Origin: an uncultured Clostridia bacterium
GTDB taxonomy: Bacteria > Bacillota > Clostridia > Christensenellales > UBA1242
DNA length: 64,000 bases
Reading direction: 5' to 3'
Assembly (NCBI GenBank): GCA_944381135.1
Contig: CALWJY010000002.1
Location: 1,929-65,928 of the forward strand
This document shows, piece after piece, positions 1 to 11,090 of this stretch. Within the stretch, counting starts at the first letter, position 1; each line of letters opens with the position of its first letter. The notes beneath the pieces are model-generated. The model was not told where the DNA came from. It saw nothing but the letters and a program-made list of their open reading frames with translations, and searched no databases. The position numbers were made by a program, and so were the translations under genes.

Positions 1-1370
1 CCTGTGTTTTTCATCACATAGCCTACAATGAAGCCAACAACCTTTTCAGGTGAATTGGAATAGTCTTGTGCAACTTTGGCATTTTCGATTTTCAACTTTC
101 TCAAAAGTTCCAAAATTTGTTCGTCAGAAATTGTGACAAGCAGGTTCATCTCTTTTGCCAAAACTTGCGGGTCTTTGCCCGTTTCAATGCACTTATCCAA
201 AAGTTGCAAGCCCACAGTCTTGTTGATAACCTTTTCTTCCACCATTTTGATTATGCTTGCAAGACTTTTTTCGTCAATTGGAAAGACAAATTCTTCCTGC
301 CCTTTGACAAGTTTCATAAGGTCAACCATAATCCAATTGCTGATTTTCTTTGGCGAATTGAAATTTTTGACGCAATTTTCGAAGTAGTCGGAAATATATT
401 TTGAAGATGTCAAAATTTGTGCGTCATATTCTGGCAAGCCAAACTCTTCAACATAGCGTTTTCTTCTCTCACTTGGAACCATAACCATTGTGCCACGAAT
501 ACGCTCGACATCTTGCGGTGTGATTTTGATTGGCAAAAGGTCTGGGTCTGGAAAATAGCGATAGTCCTGCGCCTGCTCTTTGCTTCTCATTGAGAAACTT
601 TCTCCGCGGTCGTCATCCCACTTGCGTGTTTCTTGCACAACAGCACCGCCAGCAGAAAGCACTTCCGCTTGACGCTCTGCCTCAAACTGAATGGCGCGTT
701 GAACACTTTTGAAAGAGTTGAGATTTTTCATTTCAGTTCGTGTGCCAAACTCGTTTGAGCCTTTTCTTTTAAGCGACAAGTTGACATCACAACGCATTCC
801 GCCTTCTTCCATCTTGCAATTTGCAATGTCTTCAAACACAAGAGTTTCACGCACTTTTTTCAAAAATTCCACCGCCTCATCTGCGGACGAAATGTCTGGC
901 TCTGTCACCATTTCAATCAGTGGAGTTCCTCCACGGTTATAGTCCACAAGCGTTCCGACACCTCTGCCAATATGCGTCAATTTTCCAGCATCCTCTTCCA
1001 AGTGAATGCGGTTGAGACGCACAACTTTCCCGCTGTCAAGCACAATCTGCCCACCCACATTCAAAGGATACACCAACTGACTGATTTGATATGCTTTTGC
1101 AAGGTCAGGATAGAAATAGTTTTTTCTTTCAAAAACAGAATATGGCGAAATCGCACACCCAAAAGAAAGCCCAGCCTTGATGGCAAGTTCCACCGCGTGC
1201 TTGTTCAAAACAGGAAGTGCGCCCGGCATACCTGTGCAGACAGGGCAAGTGTTGGTGTTTGGTTCATCTCCAAATTCGTTTTTGCAACTGCAAAAAACTT
1301 TGGTTCTGGTTTTAAGTTCGGCATGAATTTCCAAGCCAATCACAACATCAAAATCATCTAAAACACTCAT
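1..1370 (-). CDS. gatB: Asp/Glu-tRNA amidotransferase subunit B, partial (C-terminal roughly 25 aa lie beyond the window start)
   Basis: Not in the ORF track because there is no stop inside the window. The minus-strand ATG at 1370 (ATGA overlap with the gatA stop) translates MSVLDDFDVVIGLEIHAELKTRTKVFCSC. The frame is still open at base 3, where it reads NSPEKVVGFIVGYVMKNTG, matching the conserved GatB C-terminal tail. Gene order is gatC-gatA-gatB. Confidence 0.9.
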   Translation of the reverse strand, partial: MSVLDDFDVVIGLEIHAELKTRTKVFCSCKNEFGDEPNTNTCPVCTGMPGALPVLNKHAVELAIKAGLSFGCAISPYSVFERKNYFYPDLAKAYQISQLVYPLNVGGQIVLDSGKVVRLNRIHLEEDAGKLTHIGRGVGTLVDYNRGGTPLIEMVTEPDISSADEAVEFLKKVRETLVFEDIANCKMEEGGMRCDVNLSLKRKGSNEFGTRTEMKNLNSFKSVQRAIQFEAERQAEVLSAGGAVVQETRKWDDDRGESFSMRSKEQAQDYRYFPDPDLLPIKITPQDVERIRGTMVMVPSERRKRYVEEFGLPEYDAQILTSSKYISDYFENCVKNFNSPKKISNWIMVDLMKLVKGQEEFVFPIDEKSLASIIKMVEEKVINKTVGLQLLDKCIETGKDPQVLAKEMNLLVTISDEQILELLRKLKIENAKVAQDYSNSPEKVVGFIVGYVMKNT

Positions 1371-2782
1371 TTTGCGCCTCCCACTTTCTCAAACAATTTT
1401 GCCACTTCAAACATAAGCGCATCGTTTTTCTCATCCGCAATAAACTGCACGCCAAGAGGAAGACCATTCATTTCATCATATGGCACACTGATGGCAGGCA
1501 CGCCAGCAATGTTTGCAGGCACGGTGAAGACGTCTTCCAAATACATTCCAACAGGGTCGCTCAATTTTTCGCCAATTTTGAATGCTGTTCCCGCAGTTGT
1601 TGGCGTGATTATGCAATCGCAATGCTCAAATGCGGACTTAAATTCTTTCTTAATCAACCTCTGAACGCGTTTTGCTTTGTTATAATAGGCGTCAAAATAT
1701 CCGCTTGAAAGCACATAGTTTCCAAGCATAATTCTGCGCTTAACCTCTCTTCCAAAGCCTTCGCTTCGACTTTGAACATAGACACTTTCCAAATCTTTGG
1801 CATCCTGACTGCGAACGGTGTATTTCACGCCATCAAAACGCGCCAAATTGGAGGTTGCCTCCGCTGGTGCTATGATGTAATAGCACGCAAGTGAGTTTTT
1901 GATGTGCGGAACATCCACTTGAACAATGTCGAAAGTTTCGCTCAATCTTTCAAGAAGCGCATAGAACTTGTCTTTGCTTGCGCTCCTCCCAAGAAGTTCC
2001 ATAACTTGCCTGCAAACACCAAGCCTATATTTGCTTTTCTGCACACATGAAAGGTCGTTGGAAATTGTTGTGAGGTCGTGTTCGTCTTTGCCTGCAATCA
2101 CTTTAAGCACAAGTTCACAATCTTCAACCGTCTTTGCAATTGGCGAGCATTGATCAAGCGAACTTGCAAATGCCACAATTCCAAAACGCGAAACAGTGCC
2201 ATATGTTGGTTTCACACCAACAACGCCATTCAAAGACGCTGGCTGTCTGATTGAACCGCCCGTGTCTGTGCCAAGCGCACAAGGAACAAGTCCGCCTGCA
2301 ACCGCCGCCGCACTTCCACCACTGCTTCCGCCTGCAACAAACTCTGAGTCAATCGCGTTGTGGCAAACACCATAGCAAGTGTTTTCGCAACTGCTTCCCA
2401 TGGCAAATTCGTCCATGTTTGTGCGTCCTAAAATGACTGCATCTTCTGCAAGCAATTTCTTGACAACTGTTGAGGTGTATGGCGAAACAAAATTTTGCAA
2501 AAATTTACTTGCACAACCCATTTTCTTGCCCTCAAACATGATGTTGTCCTTGATGGCAATTGGCACGCCCGCAAGCACCCCAACTTTCTGTCCACTTGCA
2601 ATTTTCTTGTCAATCTTCTTTGCTCTGTCAAGCGCGTCACCAAAAACCTCAATCACAGCATTGAGGTCTTTTTTCTCTTCACATTTGTCAATGAAAAATT
2701 TGACAACTTCCTCACTTGAAAACTTGCCATTTTTAATTCCGTCACGAATTTCAATCACTGTCAACTTTGAAAAATCCATCAT
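1367..2782 (-). CDS. gatA: Asp/Glu-tRNA amidotransferase subunit A
   Basis: 471-aa ORF with the amidase signature GGSSGGSAAAVAGG and DTGGSIRQPA. ATGA overlaps couple it to gatC upstream and gatB downstream. Confidence 0.95.
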   Translation of the reverse strand: MMDFSKLTVIEIRDGIKNGKFSSEEVVKFFIDKCEEKKDLNAVIEVFGDALDRAKKIDKKIASGQKVGVLAGVPIAIKDNIMFEGKKMGCASKFLQNFVSPYTSTVVKKLLAEDAVILGRTNMDEFAMGSSCENTCYGVCHNAIDSEFVAGGSSGGSAAAVAGGLVPCALGTDTGGSIRQPASLNGVVGVKPTYGTVSRFGIVAFASSLDQCSPIAKTVEDCELVLKVIAGKDEHDLTTISNDLSCVQKSKYRLGVCRQVMELLGRSASKDKFYALLERLSETFDIVQVDVPHIKNSLACYYIIAPAEATSNLARFDGVKYTVRSQDAKDLESVYVQSRSEGFGREVKRRIMLGNYVLSSGYFDAYYNKAKRVQRLIKKEFKSAFEHCDCIITPTTAGTAFKIGEKLSDPVGMYLEDVFTVPANIAGVPAISVPYDEMNGLPLGVQFIADEKNDALMFEVAKLFEKVGGAK

Positions 2783-3051
2783 TCAACCACCAGCGGAGTC
2801 ACATAACATCCGTCCTTTTGTTTTGGTGCATTTTGCAAAACCTGCTCACGAGGCATGCTTGGTGACGGTTCGTCTGCACGCAGTTCATCCAGCCCAATTG
2901 GTTGGTCTTTGTCCAAATCGTCAGACAAATCAAGTTCGGTGATTTCATTGACGAAAGAGACGATGTCTCCAAACTCTTTTTCAAACTTTTTTCTTTCCTC
3001 GTCTGAAAACTTCAGTTTGCTTAAAAATTCCAAGTGTTCAATCGTGTCCAT
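2779..3051 (-). CDS. gatC: Asp/Glu-tRNA amidotransferase subunit C
   Basis: 90-aa ORF (MDTIEHLEFLSKLKFSDEERKKFEKEF...) directly ahead of gatA with an overlapping stop/start. An AAGGAG RBS lies upstream of the ATG. Confidence 0.9.
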   Translation of the reverse strand: MDTIEHLEFLSKLKFSDEERKKFEKEFGDIVSFVNEITELDLSDDLDKDQPIGLDELRADEPSPSMPREQVLQNAPKQKDGCYVTPLVVE

Positions 3052-3129
3052 ATTTTCTCCTTAAATCGTCTTAAATGCAAGGTTTTAATTTTTAGAAATT
3101 CAATTAAATCCTAAAACACTAACAACCAT

Positions 3130-3156
3130 ATTTTACCACATTTTTGCCACATTCAA
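3130..3156 (-). promoter_or_regulatory. putative sigma-A promoter of gatCAB (extended -10)
   Basis: The minus strand reads TTGAAT (3151-3156), 15 nt, TGgTAAAAT (3130-3138). The string TGTGGTAAAATA recurs at the uvrB promoter. The spacer is short, so the call is tentative. Confidence 0.35.
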
Positions 3157-3245
3157 AAAACAATTGACACACAAAATCTTTTAAATTCGCATTTTTGACA
3201 AATTTTTCTTATAATTCATTATAAAAATTGTAAAAAGTTTACATA

Positions 3246-3276
3246 AAACAAAAAACCAAATTCAAATTGAACTTGG
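3246..3276 (-). terminator. intrinsic terminator after rpoC
   Basis: Minus-strand RNA forms the hairpin CCAAGUUCAAUUUGAAUUUGG (3256-3276) followed by UUUUUUGUUUU (3246-3255), about 40 nt after the rpoC stop. It is flanked by A-run/T-run and so is potentially bidirectional. Confidence 0.6.
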
Positions 3277-3315
3277 TTTTTGCAAAAATTAACATTTTCA
3301 TCAATTTTTTTAAAC

Positions 3316-6300
3316 TTATCCAACAAGTGTTGAATTGTCAGTTTCTTCCTCTTTGTCAACTTTGACAGGAACAACAGTGCGATATTTCTTCAAGCCGGTT
3401 CCTGCAGGAATAAGTTTTCCAATGATGACATTTTCCTTGATTCCCACAAGGTTGTCCACCTTGCCCTTAAGAGCAGCATCTGTAAGCACACGAGATGTCT
3501 CTTGGAAAGATGAAGCGGAAAGGAAAGATTCTGTCGAAAGAGAAGCTTTTGTGATTCCCAAAAGAATTCTTCTTGCAATTGCTGGCTTCCCACCTGCACG
3601 CAAAACTCTTTCGTTTTCTTCTTCACAACGAGAGATGTCAACAATGTCTCCTGTCAAAAGTTCGGTGTCTCCAGAGTCTTCAATCTTGACTTTCTTAAGC
3701 ATTTGTCTGATGATGATTTCAATGTGTTTGTCATTAACCTTAACATCTTGTCCACGATAAACAGAAATGACTTCAGAAAGCAAATATTGTTGAAGCCCTT
3801 TAAGCCCCTTTGTCACAAGCAAATCGGATGGGTTGATTGCACCAGCAGTAAGTTGAGTTCCTGGCTCAACAGTGTCACCATTCTTCACTTTCAAAACGGC
3901 TGGTTTGCGAGCTTCATAGTCGATGTCGCCTTCACCTGTCACAATTGTGATGTAATAGTTCTTGGCGTCCTCTTTGATTTTAACCTTTCCAGAAACTTCG
4001 CAAAGCAAGCATTCGCCCTTAGGTCTTCTTGCTTCAAAAATTTCCTCGACTCTTGGCAAACCTTGAGTGATGTCGGCAGCAACCGCAGCACCACCGGTGT
4101 GGAAAGTTCTCATCGTAAGCTGAGTTCCCGGTTCACCAATTGACTGAGCGGCAATAATGCCCACAGCCTCGCCAAGTGTGACCATATCTTTTCCAGCCAA
4201 GTTTCTTCCATAGCATTTTGCACAAACGCCATGCTTGCAACGGCATGTGATGAGCGAACGGATTTGAACTTCTTTGATTCCTGCTTTGACAACTGCAGCA
4301 GCCTGCTCTTTTGAAATCATTGTGTTTGCAGGAACAATGACTTCTTTTGTTTTAGGGTCAACAATGTCATCAACAGCAACTCTGCCATAGATTCTTTCTT
4401 CCAAACTTTCAATGACGAACCCGTCTGAAACAAGGTCAGAAACCACAACACCCTTAACTTTCTCGCCTGCGTCAGCAAAGCAGTCTTCAGTCGTCACAAC
4501 AACATCTTGCGCAATGTCCACAAGTCTTCTGGTCAAATATCCAGAGTCTGCAGTTTTAAGCGCAGTGTCGGACAAACCTTTACGCGAACCACGGGAGTTG
4601 ATGAAATATTCAATTGGAGAAAGTCCGGTTTTGAACGAAGATTTGATTGGTGTGTCGTTCTTGACACCGGAAGCTGTCGCCTTAATTCCAATCATACCGC
4701 AGTCTTGGTTGAGCTGTGTGTTGTTTCCACGCGCGCCCGAAAGCACCATAAGACTGAATGGGTTGAATGTGTCAAGGTGTTTGACAACCGCATTTTGAAC
4801 TTCGTTGACTGCCTCGTTCCAAATTGCAACGTTTTCGTTTATTTTTTCATCAAAAGTGATAAGTCCGCGTTGAAGCATTTTTTCGTTTTCCAAAACTTTT
4901 GCTTCAGCGTCTTTCAAAATTTGTTTCTTTTCTTCTGGCTCTTGAATGTCATAGATGTTTACAGAAATGGAAGCAAGAGTGGAATATTTATATCCAATGT
5001 CTTTCAATCTGTCAACAAGTTTAGAGCATTCTGTTGTGCCAAATTTGTCATAGCAATCTGCCACAATTTTCTTCAATTCTTTCTTCATGACAGGCTTGTT
5101 GATTTCAAGGTCACAAATGTTTTCTGGGTTGCTTCTGTCAACATATCCCAAATTTTGTGGAATGATGTTGTTGAACAAAATTCTTCCAACAGATGTTTGC
5201 ACTCGCTTTGTGTAGGCTTTTCCGTCAACTTCTTTGGAAAGACGAACAGTGATTTCTGCTTGCAAATCCAAATTCTTTGTTTGGTATGCATAGATGACTT
5301 CATTTTTGGAAGCAAAAATTGAGCCCTCGCCTTTTGCACCTGGTTTGAGAAGTGTCAAATAATAGCATCCAAGCACAACGTCCTGTGCTGGTGTGACAAT
5401 TGGTTCACCATCTGACAATTTCAAGATGTTGTTTGAAGCAAGCATAAGAGTTCTTGCTTCTGCTCTTGCGTCTATTGAAAGAGGAATGTGAACAGGCATT
5501 TGGTCGCCGTCGAAGTCGGCGTTGAACGCAGCGCACACTGATGGATGCAGTTTGATTGCTTTTCCTTCAACAAGCACAGGTTCGAAAGCCTGAACAGAAA
5601 GTCTGTGAAGTGTTGGCGCACGGTTCAAAAGCACAGGATGGTCTTTGATGACATCAGCAAGCACATCCCAAACAATTGGTTTTTCTCTTTCAATCATGCG
5701 TTTTGCACTCTTGATGTTGTTTGATTGGTTCATGTCAATCAAGCGGTTGATGATGAATGGCTTGAAAAGTTCAAGAGCCATTTCTTTTGGAAGTCCGCAT
5801 TGATACATCTTAAGTTCTGGTCCAACAACAATAACTGAACGGCCGGAATAGTCCACACGCTTTCCAAGAAGGTTTTGTCTGAAACGACCTTGTTTTCCGC
5901 CAAGCATAGCGGTGAGTGATTTCAAATCTCTCTGTTTTGAACCTTGAACAGGTTTTCCACGCTTACCATTGTCGATGAGGTTGTCAACAGCCTCTTGAAG
6001 CATTCTCTTTTCGTTTCTGACAATCACATCAGGAGCCCCAAGTTCCATAAGTTTCTTCAAGCGATTGTTTCTGTTGATGACACGACGATAGAGGTCGTTC
6101 AAATCGCTTGTGGCATAGCGTCCGCCATCCAATGGAACCATAGGACGAAGGTCTGGTGGAAGCACAGGGATGACGTCCAAAACCATCCAAGTTGGGTTGT
6201 TTCCACTCTTTCTGAAAGATTCCACAACATCCAATTTTTTTGCAGCCTTAATTTTTCTCTGACCTTTTGAAGTCTTGATTTCTTCTTTAAGCGCAGCACT

Positions 6301-6864
6301 TTCTTTGTCGAGGTCAACATGAGAAAGAAGCACTTTGATTGCCTCTGCGCCCATGCCAGCGTCAAAACTTCCGCGACCATATTTTTCAAGTGCCTCACGA
6401 TATTCCTTATCATTCAAGATTTGCTTATATTCAAGGTCGGTGTTTTTAGGGTCTGTGACGATGTAGTTGATGTAATAAACAACCTGCTCCAAGGTTTTTG
6501 GAGTCAAATCAAGAAGTGTTCCTATGCGAGATGGAACAGAACGGAAATACCAAAGGTGTGTGACAGGAGCGGCAAGTTCGATGTGCCCCATTCTTTCACG
6601 GCGCACTTTAGACCTTGTCACCTCAACCCCGCACTTGTCGCAGACAACACCACGATAACGGATGCGTTTATATTTTCCACAGTGGCATTCCCAGTCTTTT
6701 TTAGGTCCAAAAATCTTTTCGCAGAAAAGACCATCTTTTTCAGGCTTCTGAGTGCGATAGTTGATTGTTTCTGGCTTTGTCACCTCACCATGAGACCATT
6801 CTCTGATTTTCTCAGGTGAAGCAATTCCAATTTTAATTTTTTCAAAGTTGTTAAGTTCAAACAT
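3316..6864 (-). CDS. rpoC: DNA-directed RNA polymerase subunit beta-prime
   Basis: Carries the catalytic NADFDGDQM motif and the N-terminal zinc finger [24 protein letters not shown] placed the start at the ATG at 6864 ([13 protein letters not shown]), which parallels the Firmicute MLDVNNFE N-terminus recalled from memory. An AGGGG RBS lies upstream. The ORF-track ATG at 6870 is the alternative start. Confidence 0.97.
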   Translation of the reverse strand: MFELNNFEKIKIGIASPEKIREWSHGEVTKPETINYRTQKPEKDGLFCEKIFGPKKDWECHCGKYKRIRYRGVVCDKCGVEVTRSKVRRERMGHIELAAPVTHLWYFRSVPSRIGTLLDLTPKTLEQVVYYINYIVTDPKNTDLEYKQILNDKEYREALEKYGRGSFDAGMGAEAIKVLLSHVDLDKESAALKEEIKTSKGQRKIKAAKKLDVVESFRKSGNNPTWMVLDVIPVLPPDLRPMVPLDGGRYATSDLNDLYRRVINRNNRLKKLMELGAPDVIVRNEKRMLQEAVDNLIDNGKRGKPVQGSKQRDLKSLTAMLGGKQGRFRQNLLGKRVDYSGRSVIVVGPELKMYQCGLPKEMALELFKPFIINRLIDMNQSNNIKSAKRMIEREKPIVWDVLADVIKDHPVLLNRAPTLHRLSVQAFEPVLVEGKAIKLHPSVCAAFNADFDGDQMPVHIPLSIDARAEARTLMLASNNILKLSDGEPIVTPAQDVVLGCYYLTLLKPGAKGEGSIFASKNEVIYAYQTKNLDLQAEITVRLSKEVDGKAYTKRVQTSVGRILFNNIIPQNLGYVDRSNPENICDLEINKPVMKKELKKIVADCYDKFGTTECSKLVDRLKDIGYKYSTLASISVNIYDIQEPEEKKQILKDAEAKVLENEKMLQRGLITFDEKINENVAIWNEAVNEVQNAVVKHLDTFNPFSLMVLSGARGNNTQLNQDCGMIGIKATASGVKNDTPIKSSFKTGLSPIEYFINSRGSRKGLSDTALKTADSGYLTRRLVDIAQDVVVTTEDCFADAGEKVKGVVVSDLVSDGFVIESLEERIYGRVAVDDIVDPKTKEVIVPANTMISKEQAAAVVKAGIKEVQIRSLITCRCKHGVCAKCYGRNLAGKDMVTLGEAVGIIAAQSIGEPGTQLTMRTFHTGGAAVAADITQGLPRVEEIFEARRPKGECLLCEVSGKVKIKEDAKNYYITIVTGEGDIDYEARKPAVLKVKNGDTVEPGTQLTAGAINPSDLLVTKGLKGLQQYLLSEVISVYRGQDVKVNDKHIEIIIRQMLKKVKIEDSGDTELLTGDIVDISRCEEENERVLRAGGKPAIARRILLGITKASLSTESFLSASSFQETSRVLTDAALKGKVDNLVGIKENVIIGKLIPAGTGLKKYRTVVPVKVDKEEETDNSTLVG

Positions 6865-7035
6865 ACACATTTTCCCCTAAAATAAATTTTTGTATATAAT
6901 CTAAGCAATTTAAAATTCATTTTGATTTAAATTATTCGGCATTAAGTTTTTATTTCACATATAAATTTTCAAGACTAACTAAACCTCTTTGCCTTTCTGT
7001 TTCATTTTTAGATACATCTTCTTTAATTCTGGCAT

Positions 7036-7185
7036 TCAATTCTCTGATACCTTTTTCCCAATATCTAAACTTCGCTCTTTTGACTTAAAATCCTGTGAAA
7101 GTTGCATTGTGTTAATTGTTGAAAGCGGTTTTCTTTCTTCAAGTTTAAAATCTTGCAAGTTTGCATTGTTTTCGTCTGTATTCAT
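7036..7185 (-). CDS. hypothetical 49-aa protein in the rpoB-rpoC spacer
   Basis: My own translation gives MNTDENNANLQDFKLEERKPLSTINTMQLSQDFKSKERSLDIGKKVSEN followed by TGA. It is below the ORF-track size cut-off. An AGGAGG lies 7 nt upstream of the ATG. I recognise no homology. Confidence 0.3.
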   Translation of the reverse strand: MNTDENNANLQDFKLEERKPLSTINTMQLSQDFKSKERSLDIGKKVSEN

Positions 7186-7224
7186 CTTTCATCCTCCTAT
7201 TCTAAAACCACTTTTCTTCGTAAG

Positions 7225-7357
7225 CTCCCGCTTCGCAAGGGAGTCGCCGCAAACTCGAAAGAATTGAGAGTTTCGTTTGGCGGCGGAGTGACAAAAACCA
7301 GCGTCCGCCGAGCGCTTGCGAACAGCAAGCCGAGTTTCAGCACAGTTTTTGTCACTC
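7225..7357 (-). promoter_or_regulatory. GC-rich triple-hairpin RNA element immediately after rpoB
   Basis: In minus-strand RNA, a perfect 13-bp stem pairs GAGUGACAAAAAC (7357-7345, overlapping the rpoB GAG-TGA end) with GUUUUUGUCACUC (7298-7286). It encloses GCUUGC-UGUUC-GCAAGC (7330-7314). A CGCCGC...GCGGCG hairpin (7285-7245) and a CUCCC...GGGAG hairpin (7243-7225) follow. No U-tract follows any of the stems. Confidence 0.4.
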
Positions 7358-10300
7358 GTCAAAATCTCCAAAATCGTCAAACAAGTTCAAGTCTTCAATT
7401 CCGGCCGGCATGGAAGTTTCTTCTTCAATTTCTTTCTGAATTTCTGTCTTCTCTTCCTCGTCATTTGAAACATCGCTTGAAATCATGTCGTCAATGTCAA
7501 GAGTCACTTTGTTCAAGTCTTTTTCAACATCGCTGTCAAGTCCAATCTTGTCTTGTTCGTCTTGTGAAAGTTCTGGCAAGTCAATTTCTTCATCATTTTC
7601 CGTCAAAATCTTGACATCAAGTGCAAGTGCCTGCAATTCCTTAACCAAAACTTTGAATGATTCTGGAATGCCTGGCTCTGCAATTGGAAGACCTTTGACA
7701 ATGGATTCAAATGTCTTAACTCTGCCCACAACGTCATCGGACTTAACCGTCAACATTTCTTGAAGAACATGGCTTGCACCGTATGCTTCAAGCGCCCATA
7801 CTTCCATTTCACCAAATCTCTGTCCACCAAACAATGCTTTCCCTCCAAGAGGTTGTTGTGTGATGAGTGAGTATGGTCCAATTGAACGAGCATGAATTTT
7901 GCTGTCAACCATGTGGTTGAGTTTCAACATATATTTCATTCCAATTGTGGTTTTGTTTTCAAATGGTTCGCCCGTTCTTCCGTCATAAAGTTGAACTTTG
8001 CCGTCCTCTGGGAAGTTGTTTTCTTTGAGGAGTTGTTGAATTTTCTCTGCATCAGCGCCGTCAAATGCTGGAGTTGCAACTTTCCAGCCAAGTGAACCAG
8101 CCACAAGTCCCAAATGAACTTCCAAAACCTGTCCCAAGTTCATACGAGAAGGAACGCCAAGAGGGTTGAGCACAATGTCAAGCGCTCTTCCGTTTGCCAT
8201 GAATGGCATGTCTGCTTCTGGCAAAACAATGGAGATACATCCTTTGTTTCCATATCGACCACTCATTTTGTCGCCAACAGAAAGTTTACGCTTCTGAGCA
8301 ATGAACACTTTGACAAGTTGATTTACGCCCGGTTCAAGCTCATCCTTATTTTCACGGCTGAACACTTGAACATCCACAACAACACCGCCTTTGCCATGTT
8401 GAACACGCAGTGATGTGTCGCGCACTTCTCTTGCTTTCTCACCAAAAATTGCACGCAGAAGTCTCTCTTCAGGAGAAAGTTCTGTCTCACCCTTTGGTGT
8501 CACCTTTCCAACAAGGATGTCGCCCGGACGCACTTCCGCACCAATTCTGATGATTCCGTTTTCGTCCAAATTCTTAAGCGCCTCATCGCCAAGGTTTGGA
8601 ATGTCTCTTGTGATTTGTTCGTCACCAAGTTTGGTTGTTCTGCACTTAAGTTCTTCCACTTTCAAGCAAATTGAAGTGAAGACATCTTCTTTGACAAGTC
8701 TTTCATTAATCAAAATCGCGTCTTCATAGTTGTATCCTTCCCAATTCATATAGCCAACAAGCACATTCTTCCCAAGTGCAAGTTCGCCATTATCTGTGGA
8801 ATATCCGTCAACGATGACATCGCCTTTCTTCACCTTTTCACCTTTCACAACGCAAGGTTTTTGGTTAAAGCAGGTTTCATCGTTTGTTTTGTCAAATTTA
8901 ATGAGGTTATAGATGTCAACATCGCCTTTAGTGTTTTTCACGCGCACTTCGTCAGCGCTGACATAAACAACTTCGCCATCTTCTCTTGCAAGTTGTGTAT
9001 ATCCACAGTCATGTGCAACTTTTGCTTCCATGCCTGTTGCAACAATTGGTGCTTCAGGACGAAGAAGTGGCACTGCTTGACGTTGCATGTTTGCACCCAT
9101 CAACGCACGATTTGCTTCGTTGGAGTTGACAAAAGGAATCAAACTTGTTGCCACAGAAATGAATTGTCTTGGAGAAGCGTCCACAAAATCAACTTGTCTT
9201 GCAGGAACTTCAATGGCATAGTCTTTGTGACGACAAACAATTCTCTTGTTGATGAATCTTCCTTCTTCATCCAAAGGCTCTGTTGCCTGAGCGATATATG
9301 CCTCGTCTTCAATGTCTGCCATGAAATATTCGCACTTGTCAGAAACCTTTCCTGTCTCTTTGTCCACTCTGCGATATGGTGTTTCAAGGAAGCCATATTC
9401 ATTCACGCGGGCATAACTTGTCAGTGTGTTCACCAAACCAATTGCTTGACCTTCTGGGGTTTCAATAGGACAAATTCTGCCATAGTTTGTATAGTGAATG
9501 TCGCGCACATCTGCTTCTGCTCTTTCCTTTCTGATTCCTCCAGGACCAACGGCAGAAACACGACGTTTTTGTGTGATTCCAGAAAGTGGGTTGACTTGGT
9601 CCATAAGTTGTGAAAGTTGTGATGATGCCACAAAATCACGAAGTGCCCTGTTGATTGCTTTAGGGTTGACAATTTGTCTTGGAGTCACCTCAGAAAGTTC
9701 TTTTCCTTGAAGTGTTTCTCTGATGTTTGAAACAAGTTTGTTGACACCAGAACGGAAATGGTCATAGAACAATTCGCCAACAGTTGCAACACGCTTGTTT
9801 GAAAGGTGTTCAATCTTGTCCACACCATGAATGTCCTCAAGCACATCCAAATACATGCTGATTCCAGCCAAGATGTCGTCCATTGTGAGAGTGGTGATCA
9901 TCAAGTCTTTTGCATGTTCTTTGATGGCTTGCATTCTCTTTTCTTTTGTTTTGTTGTCTTTCAAGATTTGAGCAAGAACAGGATAGTAAACTTCCTCTTC
10001 AATTCCCAAACTCTTTTCGTCGCAAGGGAAGATGTCAGAAAGTTTCACTCTGTTGTTGCCACGCATCAAATATTTATGGTCAGCAAGTTGAAGCCAAACT
10101 TCGTTCACACCGCTTGCTTTAATTTTTTGTGCAAGTTCTCTGTCTGCCACTTGTCCTTTTTGGGCAATAAGTTCGCCATCTGGAGAAATGACATCCTCAG
10201 CCAAAATATGCCCTTCCATTCTCTTTGCAATGGAGAATTTTTTGTTGAGGTTATATCTTCCAACGCGGGAAAGGTTATACCACTGTTCTGAGAAGAACCA

Positions 10301-11071
10301 AAGGTTGAGATAACTTCTTGTGGTTTCGGCGGATGGAACATCTGCAGGACGAGTTTTTCTTGCAAATTCCAAAAGTGCCTCTTCTTGAGTGTTGACAGTT
10401 TCTTTTTCAAGCACATTCTTGACAAGTCTGTGGTCACCAAAAAGTTTGGAAATTTCGTCTGCGGTGTATCCAAAGCACTTAAGGAAAAGCCCAAGTGTCA
10501 CTTTGTGTCTGCGGTCAAGCACAACTTTCAAGACTTCGTTTGCGCCCTGTTCAAATTCAATATACATTCCGCGCTTTGGAATGATTTGTCCGCGAAGTGT
10601 GGAGTTGTCTCTTGCCTTATCTCTCAAAAGATAGAAATTTGGAGATTTGATGATTTGGTTGACAACAACTCTTTCAACGCCATTGAAAATGAATGAACAA
10701 TCGTCAGTCATATATGGAATGTCGCCCAAAAAGACAACATCTTCAACTGCCTGTCCTGTTTCTTCAACAACAAAACGAGTTTTGACATTGAGTGGGATGG
10801 AATATGTCGCACTGCGTCTTTTGCACTCTTTTTTGGAATATTTTGGTTCTTTGTCCAAAAGCACGTCAAGAAAATAGAGTTTCGCCTTGCCGGAATAGTC
10901 AACAACAGGAGAAAACTCATTCAAAACCTCTTTGATGCCGTTTTGGATGAAATCTTGATATGACGTTCTTTGAATTTCAAGCAAAGGTGGAATGTCGATG
11001 TAGTCTTTAAGTTGCGCAAAAGTGTATCTTTCTGTTTTTCCGAATTTTTGTTTTTTCATAATTTCAGACAT
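7352..11071 (-). CDS. rpoB: DNA-directed RNA polymerase subunit beta
   Basis: Long ORF with beta-subunit motifs such as GDKMSGRYGNKGCIS and PFMANGRALDIVLNPLGVPSRMN. I moved the start to the ATG at 11071 (MSEIMKKQKFGKTERY) because a GGAGAGG RBS lies 8 nt upstream. The ORF-track start at 11131 lies inside the leader hairpin. Confidence 0.97.
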   Translation of the reverse strand: MSEIMKKQKFGKTERYTFAQLKDYIDIPPLLEIQRTSYQDFIQNGIKEVLNEFSPVVDYSGKAKLYFLDVLLDKEPKYSKKECKRRSATYSIPLNVKTRFVVEETGQAVEDVVFLGDIPYMTDDCSFIFNGVERVVVNQIIKSPNFYLLRDKARDNSTLRGQIIPKRGMYIEFEQGANEVLKVVLDRRHKVTLGLFLKCFGYTADEISKLFGDHRLVKNVLEKETVNTQEEALLEFARKTRPADVPSAETTRSYLNLWFFSEQWYNLSRVGRYNLNKKFSIAKRMEGHILAEDVISPDGELIAQKGQVADRELAQKIKASGVNEVWLQLADHKYLMRGNNRVKLSDIFPCDEKSLGIEEEVYYPVLAQILKDNKTKEKRMQAIKEHAKDLMITTLTMDDILAGISMYLDVLEDIHGVDKIEHLSNKRVATVGELFYDHFRSGVNKLVSNIRETLQGKELSEVTPRQIVNPKAINRALRDFVASSQLSQLMDQVNPLSGITQKRRVSAVGPGGIRKERAEADVRDIHYTNYGRICPIETPEGQAIGLVNTLTSYARVNEYGFLETPYRRVDKETGKVSDKCEYFMADIEDEAYIAQATEPLDEEGRFINKRIVCRHKDYAIEVPARQVDFVDASPRQFISVATSLIPFVNSNEANRALMGANMQRQAVPLLRPEAPIVATGMEAKVAHDCGYTQLAREDGEVVYVSADEVRVKNTKGDVDIYNLIKFDKTNDETCFNQKPCVVKGEKVKKGDVIVDGYSTDNGELALGKNVLVGYMNWEGYNYEDAILINERLVKEDVFTSICLKVEELKCRTTKLGDEQITRDIPNLGDEALKNLDENGIIRIGAEVRPGDILVGKVTPKGETELSPEERLLRAIFGEKAREVRDTSLRVQHGKGGVVVDVQVFSRENKDELEPGVNQLVKVFIAQKRKLSVGDKMSGRYGNKGCISIVLPEADMPFMANGRALDIVLNPLGVPSRMNLGQVLEVHLGLVAGSLGWKVATPAFDGADAEKIQQLLKENNFPEDGKVQLYDGRTGEPFENKTTIGMKYMLKLNHMVDSKIHARSIGPYSLITQQPLGGKALFGGQRFGEMEVWALEAYGASHVLQEMLTVKSDDVVGRVKTFESIVKGLPIAEPGIPESFKVLVKELQALALDVKILTENDEEIDLPELSQDEQDKIGLDSDVEKDLNKVTLDIDDMISSDVSNDEEEKTEIQKEIEEETSMPAGIEDLNLFDDFGDFDE

Positions 11072-11090
11072 ATAAAAACCTCTCCTCACA

